NCBI GenBank assembly: GCA_013265495.1
Contig: MU058206.1
Location: forward strand, 1-64,000
Length of the DNA stretch: 64,000 nt
Source: Vicugna vicugna
Lineage: Eukaryota
Reading direction: 5' to 3'
Positions within the stretch are counted from its first letter, which is position 1; every line of letters begins with the position of its first letter. Shown here piece by piece: positions 36,313 to 48,100 of the stretch. The notes under the pieces were generated by a model, which saw only the letters and a list, made by a program, of their open reading frames with translations, was not told the DNA's origin and did no database searches. A program made the position numbers and the translations under genes.

Positions 36313-36473
36313 GTGGAACAGCTGCAAGCAGAACAAGCAAGGAGCCAACAGCCGGCCCGTGAACCAGACGCCCCCACCCGAGGGAGAAAAACTCCACAGC
36401 GACAGCGGCATCTCCGTGGACAGCCAGAGCCTGCATGACCAGCAGCCCCACACGCAGACGGCTGCAGGCCAGG
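36313..36473 (+). CDS. NGFR: NGFR exon 5 (juxtamembrane/Chopper region)
   Basis: Acceptor 'tcctctggctccag', 161 nt encoding WNSCKQNKQGANSRPVNQTPPPEGEKLHSDSGISVDSQSLHDQQPHTQTAAGQ, donor GTGAGC at 36474. Confidence 0.98.
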
Positions 36474-37150
36474 GTGAGCAGTGAGGCTGGGCAGGGGGCC
36501 CGAGGCAGGGAGGACTGTGGTGGGTGGTGAGGGGGTGGTTGGCCACCGGCGCCTCTGTGTAGAAGGATGGGAGAGGCAGGGTGGGCGAATGGGTAAGGAG
36601 AGTTCTTTCTAGTGGGATGGTGGGGAAATGGAAGCTCTGACAAATTGGAGCATCTAGACTCATCAAGCTAATTGTCCCCCTAGGGCTAATTACTCCCCAA
36701 AGTGGCTGCAATTAGCCTCCTGCCCAGGACTTCTGGGGAACAAGCAGTTGATTACGTACCCTAATTAGTGGCCCATAGCCCAGCTCCAGGACCCTTGCTG
36801 TAGTTGAGTCTGGAACCAGAAGTCCTGTGTCCTCAGCCTTGATTAATTGCTGGTGTTGGTGGTGGGGGTGGCGGGGTGGTGGATGGGCAGTGGGTTAGGT
36901 GGCGGGGATGGTGCTGGAGCCACAGGTAAGGAAGGGACATGAGTCAGCATCCCCCGGTGCCTCCACCAGCCCTGCCCCCCATCCAGGACCTCACCTCGGG
37001 CATTCCTCTGCTTCTAGACCCTTGGGGCTTCCCCAGATTGGGAAGAGAAATGCCTCGGCCCTTTTTGGGTCTAACTCCGGGCCCCCATGCCCGCTGTGGG
37101 GGAAAGGGGGTCCAATGGGTAGCACCTGACCCCTCCTGGGTTCTTGGCAG

Positions 37151-37452
37151 CCCTCAAGGGTGATGGAGGACTCTACAGCAGCCTGCCTCTGGCCAAGCGG
37201 GAGGAGGTGGAGAAGCTGCTCAATGGCTCTGCGGGGGACACCTGGCGGCACCTGGCGGGCGAGCTGGGCTACCAGCCCGAGCACATAGACTCCTTCACCC
37301 GCGAGGCCTGCCCAGTCCGCGCCCTGCTGGCTAGCTGGGCCACCCAGGACAGCGCCACACTTGACACCCTCCTGGCTGCTTTGCGCCGTATCCAGCGAGC
37401 CGACATCGTGGAGAGCCTGTGCAGCGAGTCCACGGCCACATCCCCGGTGTGA
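37151..37452 (+). CDS. NGFR: NGFR exon 6 coding part (death domain, C-terminal PDZ-binding TSPV)
   Basis: Acceptor 'ttcttggcag', 302 nt encoding LKGDGGLYSSLPLAKREEVEKLL...LCSESTATSPV, then TGA. The exon sum 66+142+360+253+161+302 = 1284 nt gives 427 aa + stop. Confidence 0.98.
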
Positions 37453-39410
37453 GCCAGCCCGGGAGCCCCTGCCCTGCCCCCACATTCCAATGACTGATGC
37501 TCCAGCCACCCTCACGGGCTGGCGGCAGAGCTACGCTCTTCTGGGCAGGGCCTCGGAGCCCGGGCCTCCGGACCACAGCCCCATCGCTGCTCCTGTGTGG
37601 CCCCATTGCTTCTGATCACACTCCCTCTCCAGCGCCAGAAGTGCCCCTGCTGCCTCTCCCACCCTGCCCTGACCCATCACCATCCCAGGCCTCCTGCTCC
37701 CTTCCCCCCACACTTCGAAGGGGCCAGCTCCTCCCACCTTAGCAGGTTATCATATCTGGGGGGCTGACACCAGGGATGGTGTTGCGGGCATGACAAGGCC
37801 CCAGAGACTCAGAGGGAGAGACTGGGGAACCAGAGCCATGGACTCTACACTGTGAACTTGGAGAACAGGGGAGCATCATTGTGGCCTGAATCTCCCTCAG
37901 CTCCTCTCTCCCCTCCCCTGTGGCCTAAGATGCAGAGGATCAGGGCTTTGTCAGAGCTAGCAGGAGGTTTTGAAATGTAGTTCACACCCCTTGCTTTTTG
38001 TACAGGTCAGTGAGGCCCAGAGAGAGGCAATGACTTGCCCAAAGCCACCCAGCAATCAGGGAGCCAAATGTGGGCTGGCCTCCCCTCTCTGAATGAGGGC
38101 CCTAGCCTTCAGCTTTGTTTGAGGGCTAGGAGAAGGGGGCCAGGTGACCCTCTAGGAAGTGTCTCGAAGCCAAACCCAGTCTCCCCTTCACCATCTCCAG
38201 GCCTATCCAGCCCCTGTGGAGAGGGAGTGATCCACGCAAGGTCTGGTCCATTGATCCCTCAAGACCCAGGCAGGTTTGGGGTTTGTGGAAAGGGGTGCCA
38301 CTTCCCTCTGTCCCCTTACGCAGGTCAGGGTGGCATCCATGATGTGGCCCAGTCCATAGGTACCCTCCATCCCAGCACAGTCCCAGAGCTAACCCAGGCT
38401 GCATCTTCCCCAAGAGTCAGCCCTAGGGGTCAGGGACTAACTAACTCCCCCACCTGCAACACATGGAGTCACACACACACACACACACAGGATGAGAAAT
38501 TTTGCTTTTCTCCAAGAGTTCTTTCTCTTGGGCTGGGACCGGATCCTGCCCGGGGCCGCTGCCAGAGAAGCATCGAAGGGAATTGAACTCTGCTCGCAGT
38601 CCTCCCTCGCCCCCGGGTTTGGCGGGCCAAGGACGGCTGAGGCTTGAGCTGGCGCCTGTCTTCCAAGGGCCTGCTTGTGGAGGAATGCTCCCCCTCCACC
38701 CCTTCCCTGCGAGCAGGGGCTGGGCCGGCCCGGAGGCCGCACTGAGGAAAAGTGGACCAGCGTGGGAACGCAGCAAGAAGGAGCTGAGTTAGACCCCATA
38801 GAGGGTCTCTCTCAAGTTTGGAGGACCCTCCGAAGGACTGCTTTCCCCCTAGCTTGGTGCCAGAAAGGGGCCATGAGGTCTCTCCTGGCCTGTTGTGTTT
38901 TGCTTGATATTGGAATGAGTGTGCCCCACCCCCTCTATTTAGCATGAACGAGCCCTGAGCAGGGTGTGCACGGATAGCCACCCCCTCCCCAGCCCAGGGT
39001 CCTCCCAGCCCTGCGTAAAGGACTGGGAACATTGTATGTAGATGGCATTTCTTTGACCTGGATCTGTGATGGGAGGAGGAAACTCACCTGCTGGCCCCTC
39101 ACCTGTGCACCTGGGGAGTGGGACAGAGTCTGAGGTATTTATTTTCCTTCCCAGCAGCTGGGGAGAGGGTTGGGGGTTGCAAGTATGTTTTAGCATGTGT
39201 TTGGTTCTGGGGCCCCTCCTGTCTCCCTTTGGGCTGAGATGGAACCCTTTTGCCCCCAACCCCAGCTGGGGGCTGTGAGCTCCAGACTCCATGTCACCCT
39301 CCCTGTCACCTGCCCCTTGCATCCTGTGTAATCATTTCTTGGGCCCTCCTGAAACCTACACATAAAACATAAACGATGAGCATTAAATAGCAAAGAAAGA
39401 AAAATCGCGC
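37453..39410 (+). other. NGFR: NGFR 3'UTR (about 1.95 kb; end approximate)
   Basis: Lies between the stop codon and the ATTAAA signal. Contains (CA)10 at 38470-38489. Confidence 0.8.
39382..39387 (+). terminator. NGFR: Polyadenylation signal ATTAAA with downstream GU-rich element
   Basis: 'cattaaatagcaaagaaagaaaaa' followed by 'tgtggtttgagtcggtgtgggggttgttgtgtatgtg' at about 39431-39468. Confidence 0.85.
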
Positions 39411-41239
39411 AGAGATTTTCTGGAAATACATGTGGTTTGAGTCGGTGTGGGGGGTTGTTGTGTATGTGCAGGGACCTGGGTATAATTTCCAACGCAGTGA
39501 GTTCCTGTCCTATCTTCCCCCCTCATAATGGGAAAGTTTCACAGAAATCCAGCAAATTCACATGTGTCACCATGGAGTTAATTGAAGTGGGAGAGGGAAG
39601 GAATAGGGGCCCTTGCCCCCAGATCTTGGAGAGGGAAAGTGAAAATAGCCATGCAGGAAGCTGGCCAGCTGTGAACTTGACCAGATGTCAGAAGTGAAAC
39701 TGACCACAGGGGAGCTAGAGGCTTGCTAGGAGGGCCAGGTCACAACCCCACAGCTCCCAGCCACCCACATGGCCTGGGAGACATTCCCCCCTCCCCACAT
39801 GCAGACACACAAGGTCTGGCTCCAGATGGCCTGGCAGGAGCCTGGCTGGCCCTGCTTGGAGCTGGGCAGGCCCCTCCCTTGTGGCTCTCCCAGGCAGGTC
39901 CCAACCCCGGCTCCTGCCTGGCTTCGAGCCCTGCCTGGTCCAGGAGCTGCAGGGTTCCAGGCCCCGGGCCTGTGCAGGGCTCCCAAGCTGGTCGGGCAGA
40001 GCTGCTCAGCTTCTGCTGGTCTCTTGGCCAGGGCTTCTGGTGGGGCTGGCTTGTGGTTGCTAGGGAATGCCACGGAAGGCTTGCTTTCCCAGAAAAAACA
40101 GCAAACAAGACTTCCTGATCTTGGGATCCTGGGAAGGGCCACCCGGGCCACAGCCAAGAGTTAGGAGTGAGATGGAGGGAGGCTGTCTTCCATCTCCCAC
40201 CCCCAGACTGTGAGGGTTGTGAGGAAGGTGGGGGGCGGGAAGAGGGCCAGTGATTCCAAGTAGGTGTGAGAAGTGATCCTGGTACTTGGGTACCCCCAGT
40301 GCGATGGAGGAGACAGTCTATCTTGAGGGAGCCTCCCATCTAACAGTCCCAGTCTTGAGGATACCTCTAATTTGATGAGGGAGGCACAATTCCTTTCCTA
40401 GAAGAGCCCCCATTCTGATGGGGGAAGTACCTCTAATTGGGTGGGAGAGCCGGATGCTGTCTGGGAATAAGGAGACACAACCCCCCGCTGTCTGCCTTGA
40501 GGGGGAGACAGCAGACGGCCCCTGTGTGGTGTGTGTGGCCATGCTGAGTTGGGGGGGGGTCCCAGCCCAGACCCACCCCTACCAGGGGTTAGGGAAGGTT
40601 TGCCAGGAAAGAGACACTGAAGCTGAAGTCAGCAAGTGGAGTCAGCAAGCTGGGGGAGGAGAGAGTTCCTGGCAGAGGAATCAGCTCGGCAAAGGCCCTG
40701 AAGAGAGAGAACAGAGCACATGGGGCCTGGGGAGGCTCCTGCGCCTGGAGCCGAGAGAATGAGCGGGAGGTCAGTGGGGCCAGATGGGGAAGGGCTTGCA
40801 GAGAGACACGCTGGAGCATCTGGACTGCATCTCAGAACACTGGGGAGCCACCGAGGGGGTTTAAGCAGGGGGTGCCGTAGACAGATTTCCATCTCAGGAA
40901 GGCCCAGCTCTGGCTGCAGTGTGGAGGGTGAGGGTAGGGCAGGAGAGGTAGGCCAGGAGGTGGACGTCACTGGTGGTCCAAAGTAAAGGAGGGGCCGTAG
41001 AGATGGTGAGAAGACAGCATGGAGAATGCTCCTAGCATGCAGGATTGAGTAGGAGGCCTGGAGGTGACTGACACTGGCCTAGGGCTCTGGGGGTAGCAAG
41101 GCAGAGAGCCTTACAAACATTGTGCAGAGATTCGCACCCCACACCACCACATTGTGAAGAATTCCCCTCTGCCCGCCTTCAGCCTAATCGCCATCCCTCC
41201 TTTTCTAATTTCCCTACAAGGGCAAACATGTTTCATGGG

Positions 41240-41730
41240 CTTCCCATCTTTCACGTGGCCTTGGAGGCTATGTGAGGCCCTGCCAACTCCTCCAGACTCA
41301 CTGCCTGCTTCCAGCTGTCCTCTTCCTCACTCTCTGTGCTTCCTCCAAGCAGCCTCCTCACAATTCTTCAAGCTTCAATGTTCCTTCTAGCCACGGGGCC
41401 TTTGCACATTCTGTCCCTTCTATAAAACTCCCCTTCTTTCTCAAGTTACCTCCCAGTTCAGTGCTTCTTTGGGGAAGCCCTCGCTGTACTCTGGACACCA
41501 GTCAGGTTTCTTGAGTCCAGGTTCAGAGCACATCAAGTTCAACTCCTTCTCTTTAGACCACTTATCTCTCTTAGCAATTAAGCACCCGTCTGAGTGATTA
41601 TTTGATTACTGTAAACTCCAGGAAACCAGAGACAGGATCTGGTTTCGCTCACCGTCTAATCCTCAACCCTTTGCCTGGCACGTAGCTAGCTCTCAATAAA
41701 AAGTTGTTGAATAAATGAATGAATGAATAT
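41240..41730 (+). mobile_element. L2 3' end
   Basis: 'ggggcctttgcacattctgtcccttc' and terminal 'tgcctggcacgtagctagctctcaataaaaagttgttgaataaatgaatgaatgaat'. Confidence 0.8.
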
Positions 41731-41739
41731 GCTCGAAAG

Positions 41740-42025
41740 CAGCACTGCCCGATAGAAATATAATACGAGTGACATATGTGATTTTCAAGTTTTTAGTGGC
41801 CATATTACAAAAGTAAAAAGAAATAGGTGAGATGAGCATCATCATATATTTCATTTAGCCCTCTAAATCCAGCATATCTTTTCAAAGTATAATCAGTATT
41901 TCTAAATTATTATTATTTTTTTCTACTAAGTTTTCAAAATCCAGCACATCCCAGTCTGGATCAGCCCCATTTCCAGTGCTCGATAGCTGCATTTGGCTAG
42001 CGGTTGCCACGTCTGGCCACTACCT
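41740..42025. mobile_element. hAT-Charlie non-autonomous DNA transposon (MER33-like)
   Basis: Starts 'cagcactgcccgatagaaatataatacgagtgacatatgtgattttcaagtttttagtggccatatt' and ends 'catttccagtgctcgatagctgcatttggctagcggttgccac'. Confidence 0.75.
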
Positions 42026-43494
42026 CTAGAGTCATACCTGCCAGGGCCGACGCTCATTCTGAGCCCTGGTTCAGAGGGCAGAGAGATGCTCCCTTGTTTC
42101 TTCCTGTGTCATCAGTCTCCTGGGCCTCGCTCCTCTCCCCTCAGGCCAGGGAGCTTCTCTTTGTCTCTTTCATTGCCTAAGTTAGAGGATGAGACCTTTC
42201 ATCTTTGTCTGCCCATCAGGGCCCCGTCTCTTCCCCCAGTGCCTCCCTCCCCTCTTTCATCCAGTGCAACGAAGCTGAGACTTGGAACAATAGGAAAGGC
42301 TGCTTCATCCCTGGGGAGGGGTGTGATGGGGCCACTGAGCCTGTAACCCACAGCTTCAGGGGAAGAAGGGACTGAGCCCAAGCTGGGGTCAGAAGGCACT
42401 TCCCATGGTGCTCTGGGCTGTGGGTTTTGCTGACCAGATGCCTGGGGAAGGCAGCTCCTCTGATAATACAAAGCAGATTTCCCCCAGCTTTGTGGCAGCT
42501 GGTAGGCAGGAGGCCAGGGGATAAGATTGAGGCTCCAGGCATCTGGATTCAGAAGGGCTGAGGCCAGGGGGAGCTCCTTCAGCTTCCAGCTCCCTGTCTT
42601 CCCCAATACCCCCTGCCCTCATGCTGATCCCTCCCACCTACACCAGGCTCCCCTGGGTCCCACCTGGGCTCCAGATCACTCTCCAGCTCCATCAGAGACC
42701 CCCCAGTTCTCAACACACATCCTTGGGGATCTTTGATGCAACACCCTCATTGAGGTGGGCACCCAGATTCGCTCTCCAGGCAGACCCTGAGTGGCCCTAT
42801 TCTCCACACCCCAATTCTACCTATTCCAGCCCTCCAATCATCTCAGAGGTGAGGTCAGGATCATTTCCCTAAGGCTCTAAGTGGAATAACACCAAGAGTG
42901 TTCCAACACTCACCCCTCCATCACTCCCAGGGCACTCAGTCCTGCCCTCTTCCTACAGCATCCAAGCACTTCCCAATCTCTTTGCTCCCTTCCCGAAATC
43001 CCTGCTCCAGCTGTTTCCAGCAACATTCCCAAAGGGCTCCTGGGAAGGGTGGGATTGGGTCTCCTCCCTGGGTGGGGACTGTTCCCTTTGGAAAAGTATG
43101 GGAATGCACAAATACCCTTCCCATTTTCTAATGACTTATTAAATCTAGGGGGTCCCTCTGTGTCACCTAGGAGCCTGATGCCCTCCTAAGACGCCCTCAG
43201 CACTGTCTGGCTTGGGCCTGGGCTCAGCATCCACATTCCAGAGGCCCACCCCATCCCGGGGCCCAGGGCTTTAGTCAACAATCCAGATGGTTCTCATTCT
43301 ACTCCTACGCACCTTGGGATGCCAGCGATCCGCATTGGATGTGTGGGCCAGCGGCACGGCAGGCCTCCATTTGTCGACCTTGATGCCGCAGGTGATCATG
43401 CTGTGACCTCCTGGAAGATCATGCTGAGAGCCCAGAAGCCAGCCACCTGGGAGCTCCCCTTTCCTCACCTTGCGTACCAGTTCAGATTTTTTAT

Positions 43495-43925
43495 GTTGTA
43501 AGAGGGAGAAAACCCAACCCAGAGTGGTTTACAGGAATTTACTGTCCGTCAGAAACGAAAGGTCCAGGGGTTGGGCTGGCTCTAGGCACAGCTTGATTCA
43601 GAGACTCAAGCAAAATCCCGGCACCCAGTTTCTCCCCCTCCGTCTCTCGCCTCCATTCCCTCACATAGACTCTTCCCTTGTAGTGATATGTTGGCTGCAT
43701 GGCTTCAGGTTCAAGCCTGTGGGAGAGAGACTCAGCCTCCATCCTGCAAAAGTCTCCAGGTGTCCTTGGTCCTGATTGGCCCATTTGGCAAATGGCGATC
43801 GCTGATTGGGTCACATGCTCCATCCACTTGGCAAGGGTGTTGCCCCGCCAGAAACTTTGGGGCTGAGCAGGGGAAACTGAGGTACAGTCACCAAAAGGGG
43901 ACACTCCAAAAAACAAATGTAAGTC
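43495..43925. mobile_element. Degraded LTR (LTR33-like)
   Basis: 'aggaatttactg..aaaggtccaggggttgggctggctctaggcacagcttgattcagagactcaa' and 'ctgattgggtcacatgctccatcc'. Confidence 0.5.
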
Positions 43926-44603
43926 CCCATCCTAGATCAACACTTGGGCTTGTTCCTCCTCACCAGGCAACCTGAGCAGGACTCCACCCCCAGACCAAGT
44001 TTGTCTTTCTAGTAAGAATCCCCATGAAACAGCAGGGATATCATGGTACTAAGGCATCCTGCAGCCACTGGGTTCCGAAGACCGAGCCAAGTTCTCAAAG
44101 CTGAGGGAACCCGGGGAGGGTCCTGGAGGGGAGGCCTTAATTTGAGCCTTAAAGGATGGACAGGATTTGGATTTTGATGATGGAATACAGGTGGGGAGAA
44201 TACTTCTGGCGGAGGAAACAGCTGGAGCCAAAGCACAAGAATGCGGAGCGGGGAGCTGACTTTAACCTTCAGAGATAATAGCAAGAGCAGGGTGAAAATC
44301 GAGGCAGGTCTAGCAGGGACTTGAATGCTAGGCTGAGGAATTTGGATCGAACAGAGAACTACAGAGGTTGTCTGAGCAGGAGTGTTCTGGAAGGAGTGGC
44401 AGGAAGACCAACTGGGAGGTTGATGCTTCAGGCACAGGAACTAGCAGTGGGGAAGAAAAGAGGGAAGCAATTCAGGAAATATTAGGGAGTACCTGACTCC
44501 CATGCTCTAGCTTTGGCAGCTGAGGGGACGATGGTGCTGTTCACAGTGACGGAGCCCCGGAGGAGGAGCAGGCTTTCATGGAAGATCCAGATTTCCATGT
44601 TGA

Positions 44604-45188
44604 AATAGAAACAGAGTCATAGATACAGAGAACAAGCAGGTGGTTGCCAGAGGCAAAGGAGTGAGAGGAGGAAAGAAACAGGTAATGGAGATGAAGAGTT
44701 ACAAACTTCCAGTTACAAACTAAGTAAGTCACAAGTATGAAATGTACAAGATGGGGAATATAGTCAATAATAAAGTAATATCTTCGTTGGGTGACAGATG
44801 GTAACAAGACTTATCCTGGCGCTAATTTTGCAATGTATAGAAATACTAAATCACTATGTTGTGCACCAGGAACTAACATAGTGTTGTAGGTCAATTAAAC
44901 TTCAAACAAACTCATAGAAAAGGAGACATACAACATGATAAATATAATTAACACGGCTGTGCGTTATATATGAAAGTTGTTGAGAGTAAATCCTGAGTTC
45001 TCATCACAAGGAAAAAAAATTGTTTTTCTATTTCTTAAATTTTGTAACTATATGAGATGAAGGATGTTCACTAAACTTATTGTGGTAAACATTTCATGAT
45101 GTATGTCAATCAAATCATTATGCTATACACCTTAAACTTCTACAGTGTTATATGTCAATTACATTTCAACAAAGCTAGGGTTAAAAAA
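44604..45188 (+). mobile_element. 5'-truncated L1 3'UTR with TSD, inserted into an antisense L2 (about 44040-45500)
   Basis: L1 3'UTR motifs and A-tail. 15-bp TSD agatttccatgttga (44589-44603) / aggtttccatattga (45189-45203). Confidence 0.88.
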
Positions 45189-48100
45189 AGGTTTCCATAT
45201 TGAGTTTGGGAAGTCTGTTGGGGACATTCAGAGGAAAAAGGCAGGTGTCATTTGTTTTTTTACAAGTCAGAAGCTGGGAAATTCCAGAGCTACAGCGGAA
45301 CATTTAAAAATCATCTGCCAGCTATTGGATGAGGTCCCTGGGAGAGAGAGCCCTTAGGATGGTCCTGCTTCGGTGACCAAGGAGACTGAGGAGGCAGAGA
45401 TGATCACGAAGGGCCAGTGAGTTGGAAGGCCTGGATCTTGTGACATCAAGGGAGCCTAAGAAAGTAGCAAATTTCTAGGAGGAACAACAGGTGATTCCCA
45501 ATGTAAGTGCTGCAGGGAGGCCTGAGAAGGGGAGGCTGGGAAGAGCCCCTGGATTGGATTGAGAGAAAAGGCAAGAGACAGATGGCAGTGGTCGGAGGAT
45601 AGGGCGGCAGGTGAAACAGTGGACACGTCCCTGTATGACTCTCCTAGGATCTTGGCTGTGAGAGGGTTTGCCCTGGGACAAGGACGGACTTCGCTGGGGA
45701 GAGAGAGGGAGGGAGGATGTGATCTCCTTGGTCAGGGAGCTATAAGGTTTATAGCCAGGCTGCCTTGAGCCAACCCTCTCATCCTGGACCCTGCAGCCTT
45801 GTTCCACCAGCTCAGCTCTTCTGTGTGTCCTTGAGGATCCAGGCCAGCTGAAGAGGGTGAGCTTTGGTCCTCAGGGTCCTGCCCCTCATGTTGGCCATCG
45901 TCTTGCCCTCTAGCCCCAGCCATTCCTCCGTCCCCCTCACATCCATCTCATCACCACTGATGCAGGATCAATTAGCAAGAACCAGTGCCTGGTTCTCAAG
46001 GAGTTCAAAGTTCGGTTAAAACAAAGCAGGAAATTGTCTAAAAATTCTAAATGGGAGGGGATTCTGCCAGGAGAAACACAAGCTAGATCTGTCAAAATGC
46101 CACCTCTGAGACTTTGCTAAGCAGCCGTTAGGCCCTGCGAGTGAGCGCCTCACTCCCTCCCTCCCTTCCTGGGCTGAAGAAACTGCCAGAATCATATTAA
46201 GTTCATGCAGAAACCACCTTGGCAGCTCTTCCTGGGCACCAAGCCCCACCTCTTCCTGGGGTAACACAAGGGCTGGGCATGTGCCCAGAGAGTGTCACAT
46301 GCCTGTCAGGCTGGGGCCTGCCTCACGCCTCTCCAGGGAGGCTACCAGAAACCCCGGACCAGGGCAAACCCAGAGGCGTTATTCTGGTGAGGGGCGGGGG
46401 CTGGGGAGGGAAGGCTTAGGTCTAGGCCAGATTGCAGTACCTGGCCAGCCAAGGGACAGGGGAGGGAGCTCAGGTGTCTGGGACAGGGGCTTGGCTCCCC
46501 CACCTGGGAACATGGCGATGTCTCCCCTGGCAGGGGAAAGTCTACTTGGCTGTCTGGCCTTCAGGCTGTCTCAGGCTGACCAAAGGGAATTGACCCTCTG
46601 AATGCCTGGCAGCCCTTCATCAAAGTAGAGCTTCCACTGAGGACAAAGTGGCAGCCACAGTCCAGCCTGGGGGACCTGCCCTTAAGGCTGCAGTGAGGAG
46701 AGGGGCAGAGGAAGGCGTAGGGCTGAGGCTGTCACTGGGAGCCACAGCCCGATTCTCTGGACTCTGGGCTTCAAGTCTAGTGGAGGTGGAGAGGCCTTGG
46801 AGGTCGTAAGGGACTGGGGGCTGACCAGCGCCACCAAGGTGGCTGAACTGAGCAGCACAGCTGCCTGTGAACTGGAGACAGTGCTTAATGATAACGGATA
46901 AACTTTGTCCAACTTTTAAAGTTGATAAAGCACTCTCACAGGTGTAATTTCACATGATGGTCTCATTAGTCCTGCCAGAGAGGTATTACTGTACCCACTT
47001 TATAGATGAGACAACTGAAACCCAGAGATTTGCCCAAGGCAACCTGATAGGAAGCGGCTAAGCCAGCCTGGGAGCCACATTCACCCTGATCCCTGTGCCC
47101 TCTTCTCCTGTTCTCCCCCCAGGCCAGGCAGCACCTTCTGCCAAAGGGCTGAGGGTAGAGGTGGTTGTGCTGGGAATGAAGTGGGGATGAAGAGCGGGGG
47201 TGAAGAGCTGGTCTGGTAAGGCAGGGAGCCTGGAGTGGGGACCAGAATTTAGATGGGGGATGGAAACTGAAGATAAGCTGACACCATTCAGGTATTTCCA
47301 AAGGCTCCTTCCCCTTTCAGAAGCCCCTGCCCCCTCCTGCAGAGAGTGGCAGGGACAGCTGGAACCCACATGGGTAAGGGGATCCCAGTTCAGAGCCTGG
47401 TGTCTTAACACTGATGCGCCACTGGTACCCCCTCCCCTCCGCTCCCAGCTCCCCACCCAGGCTGCAGAAGCCTGGCGCCATGGGGGAGCCTGGCACAGAG
47501 CCACACAGGCCAGGCTTGGTGGAAGGGTCAGAAGACCAGGCTGGGTCCCAACCTGGGAGAGAGGGTTCCCTGCCTGGACCCCTCTGCCCATCCCCAACTG
47601 CCCACCTCTCTGACCCTCCACAGAGAGTCTCAGGGCCTGAGTCTTCAGTCTGGGATTCAGGAACGTCCACTCTTTCAATATACTCCCATCCCTCCCTACA
47701 CTGAGCTCTGCTGGATCCCACTGGGTAGCCCCACAGGAACCCGAGGTGGGTCCCTGAAATGAAGCTAGACCTGGTACAACCCTGGGTCACAGTGGATATC
47801 TAAATCATTGTCATCCCCATCCTGGCATTAAAGACCCCCACAGGAACCCACTCTGCCCTTCCAGCCTGTCCCCCACCCTGCAGCCAGACTGGGTGACTTG
47901 TATTCCCTGAGTCCCATCCATGCTTCCCATTTGGGGCTTATACTGTTGCACCGGCTGCCTTAGGGGCCGTCTCCCCAACCCTACCTGTAGCCACATCCCT
48001 TTCCCAGCTCCTCCTGGAAGTCCTCCCAGATCTCCCTTTCACATGGCCTCCAGGCTATCTCCTCTGCACTGCAGAGAAAGGACCCTACTCCATTTGGGGC

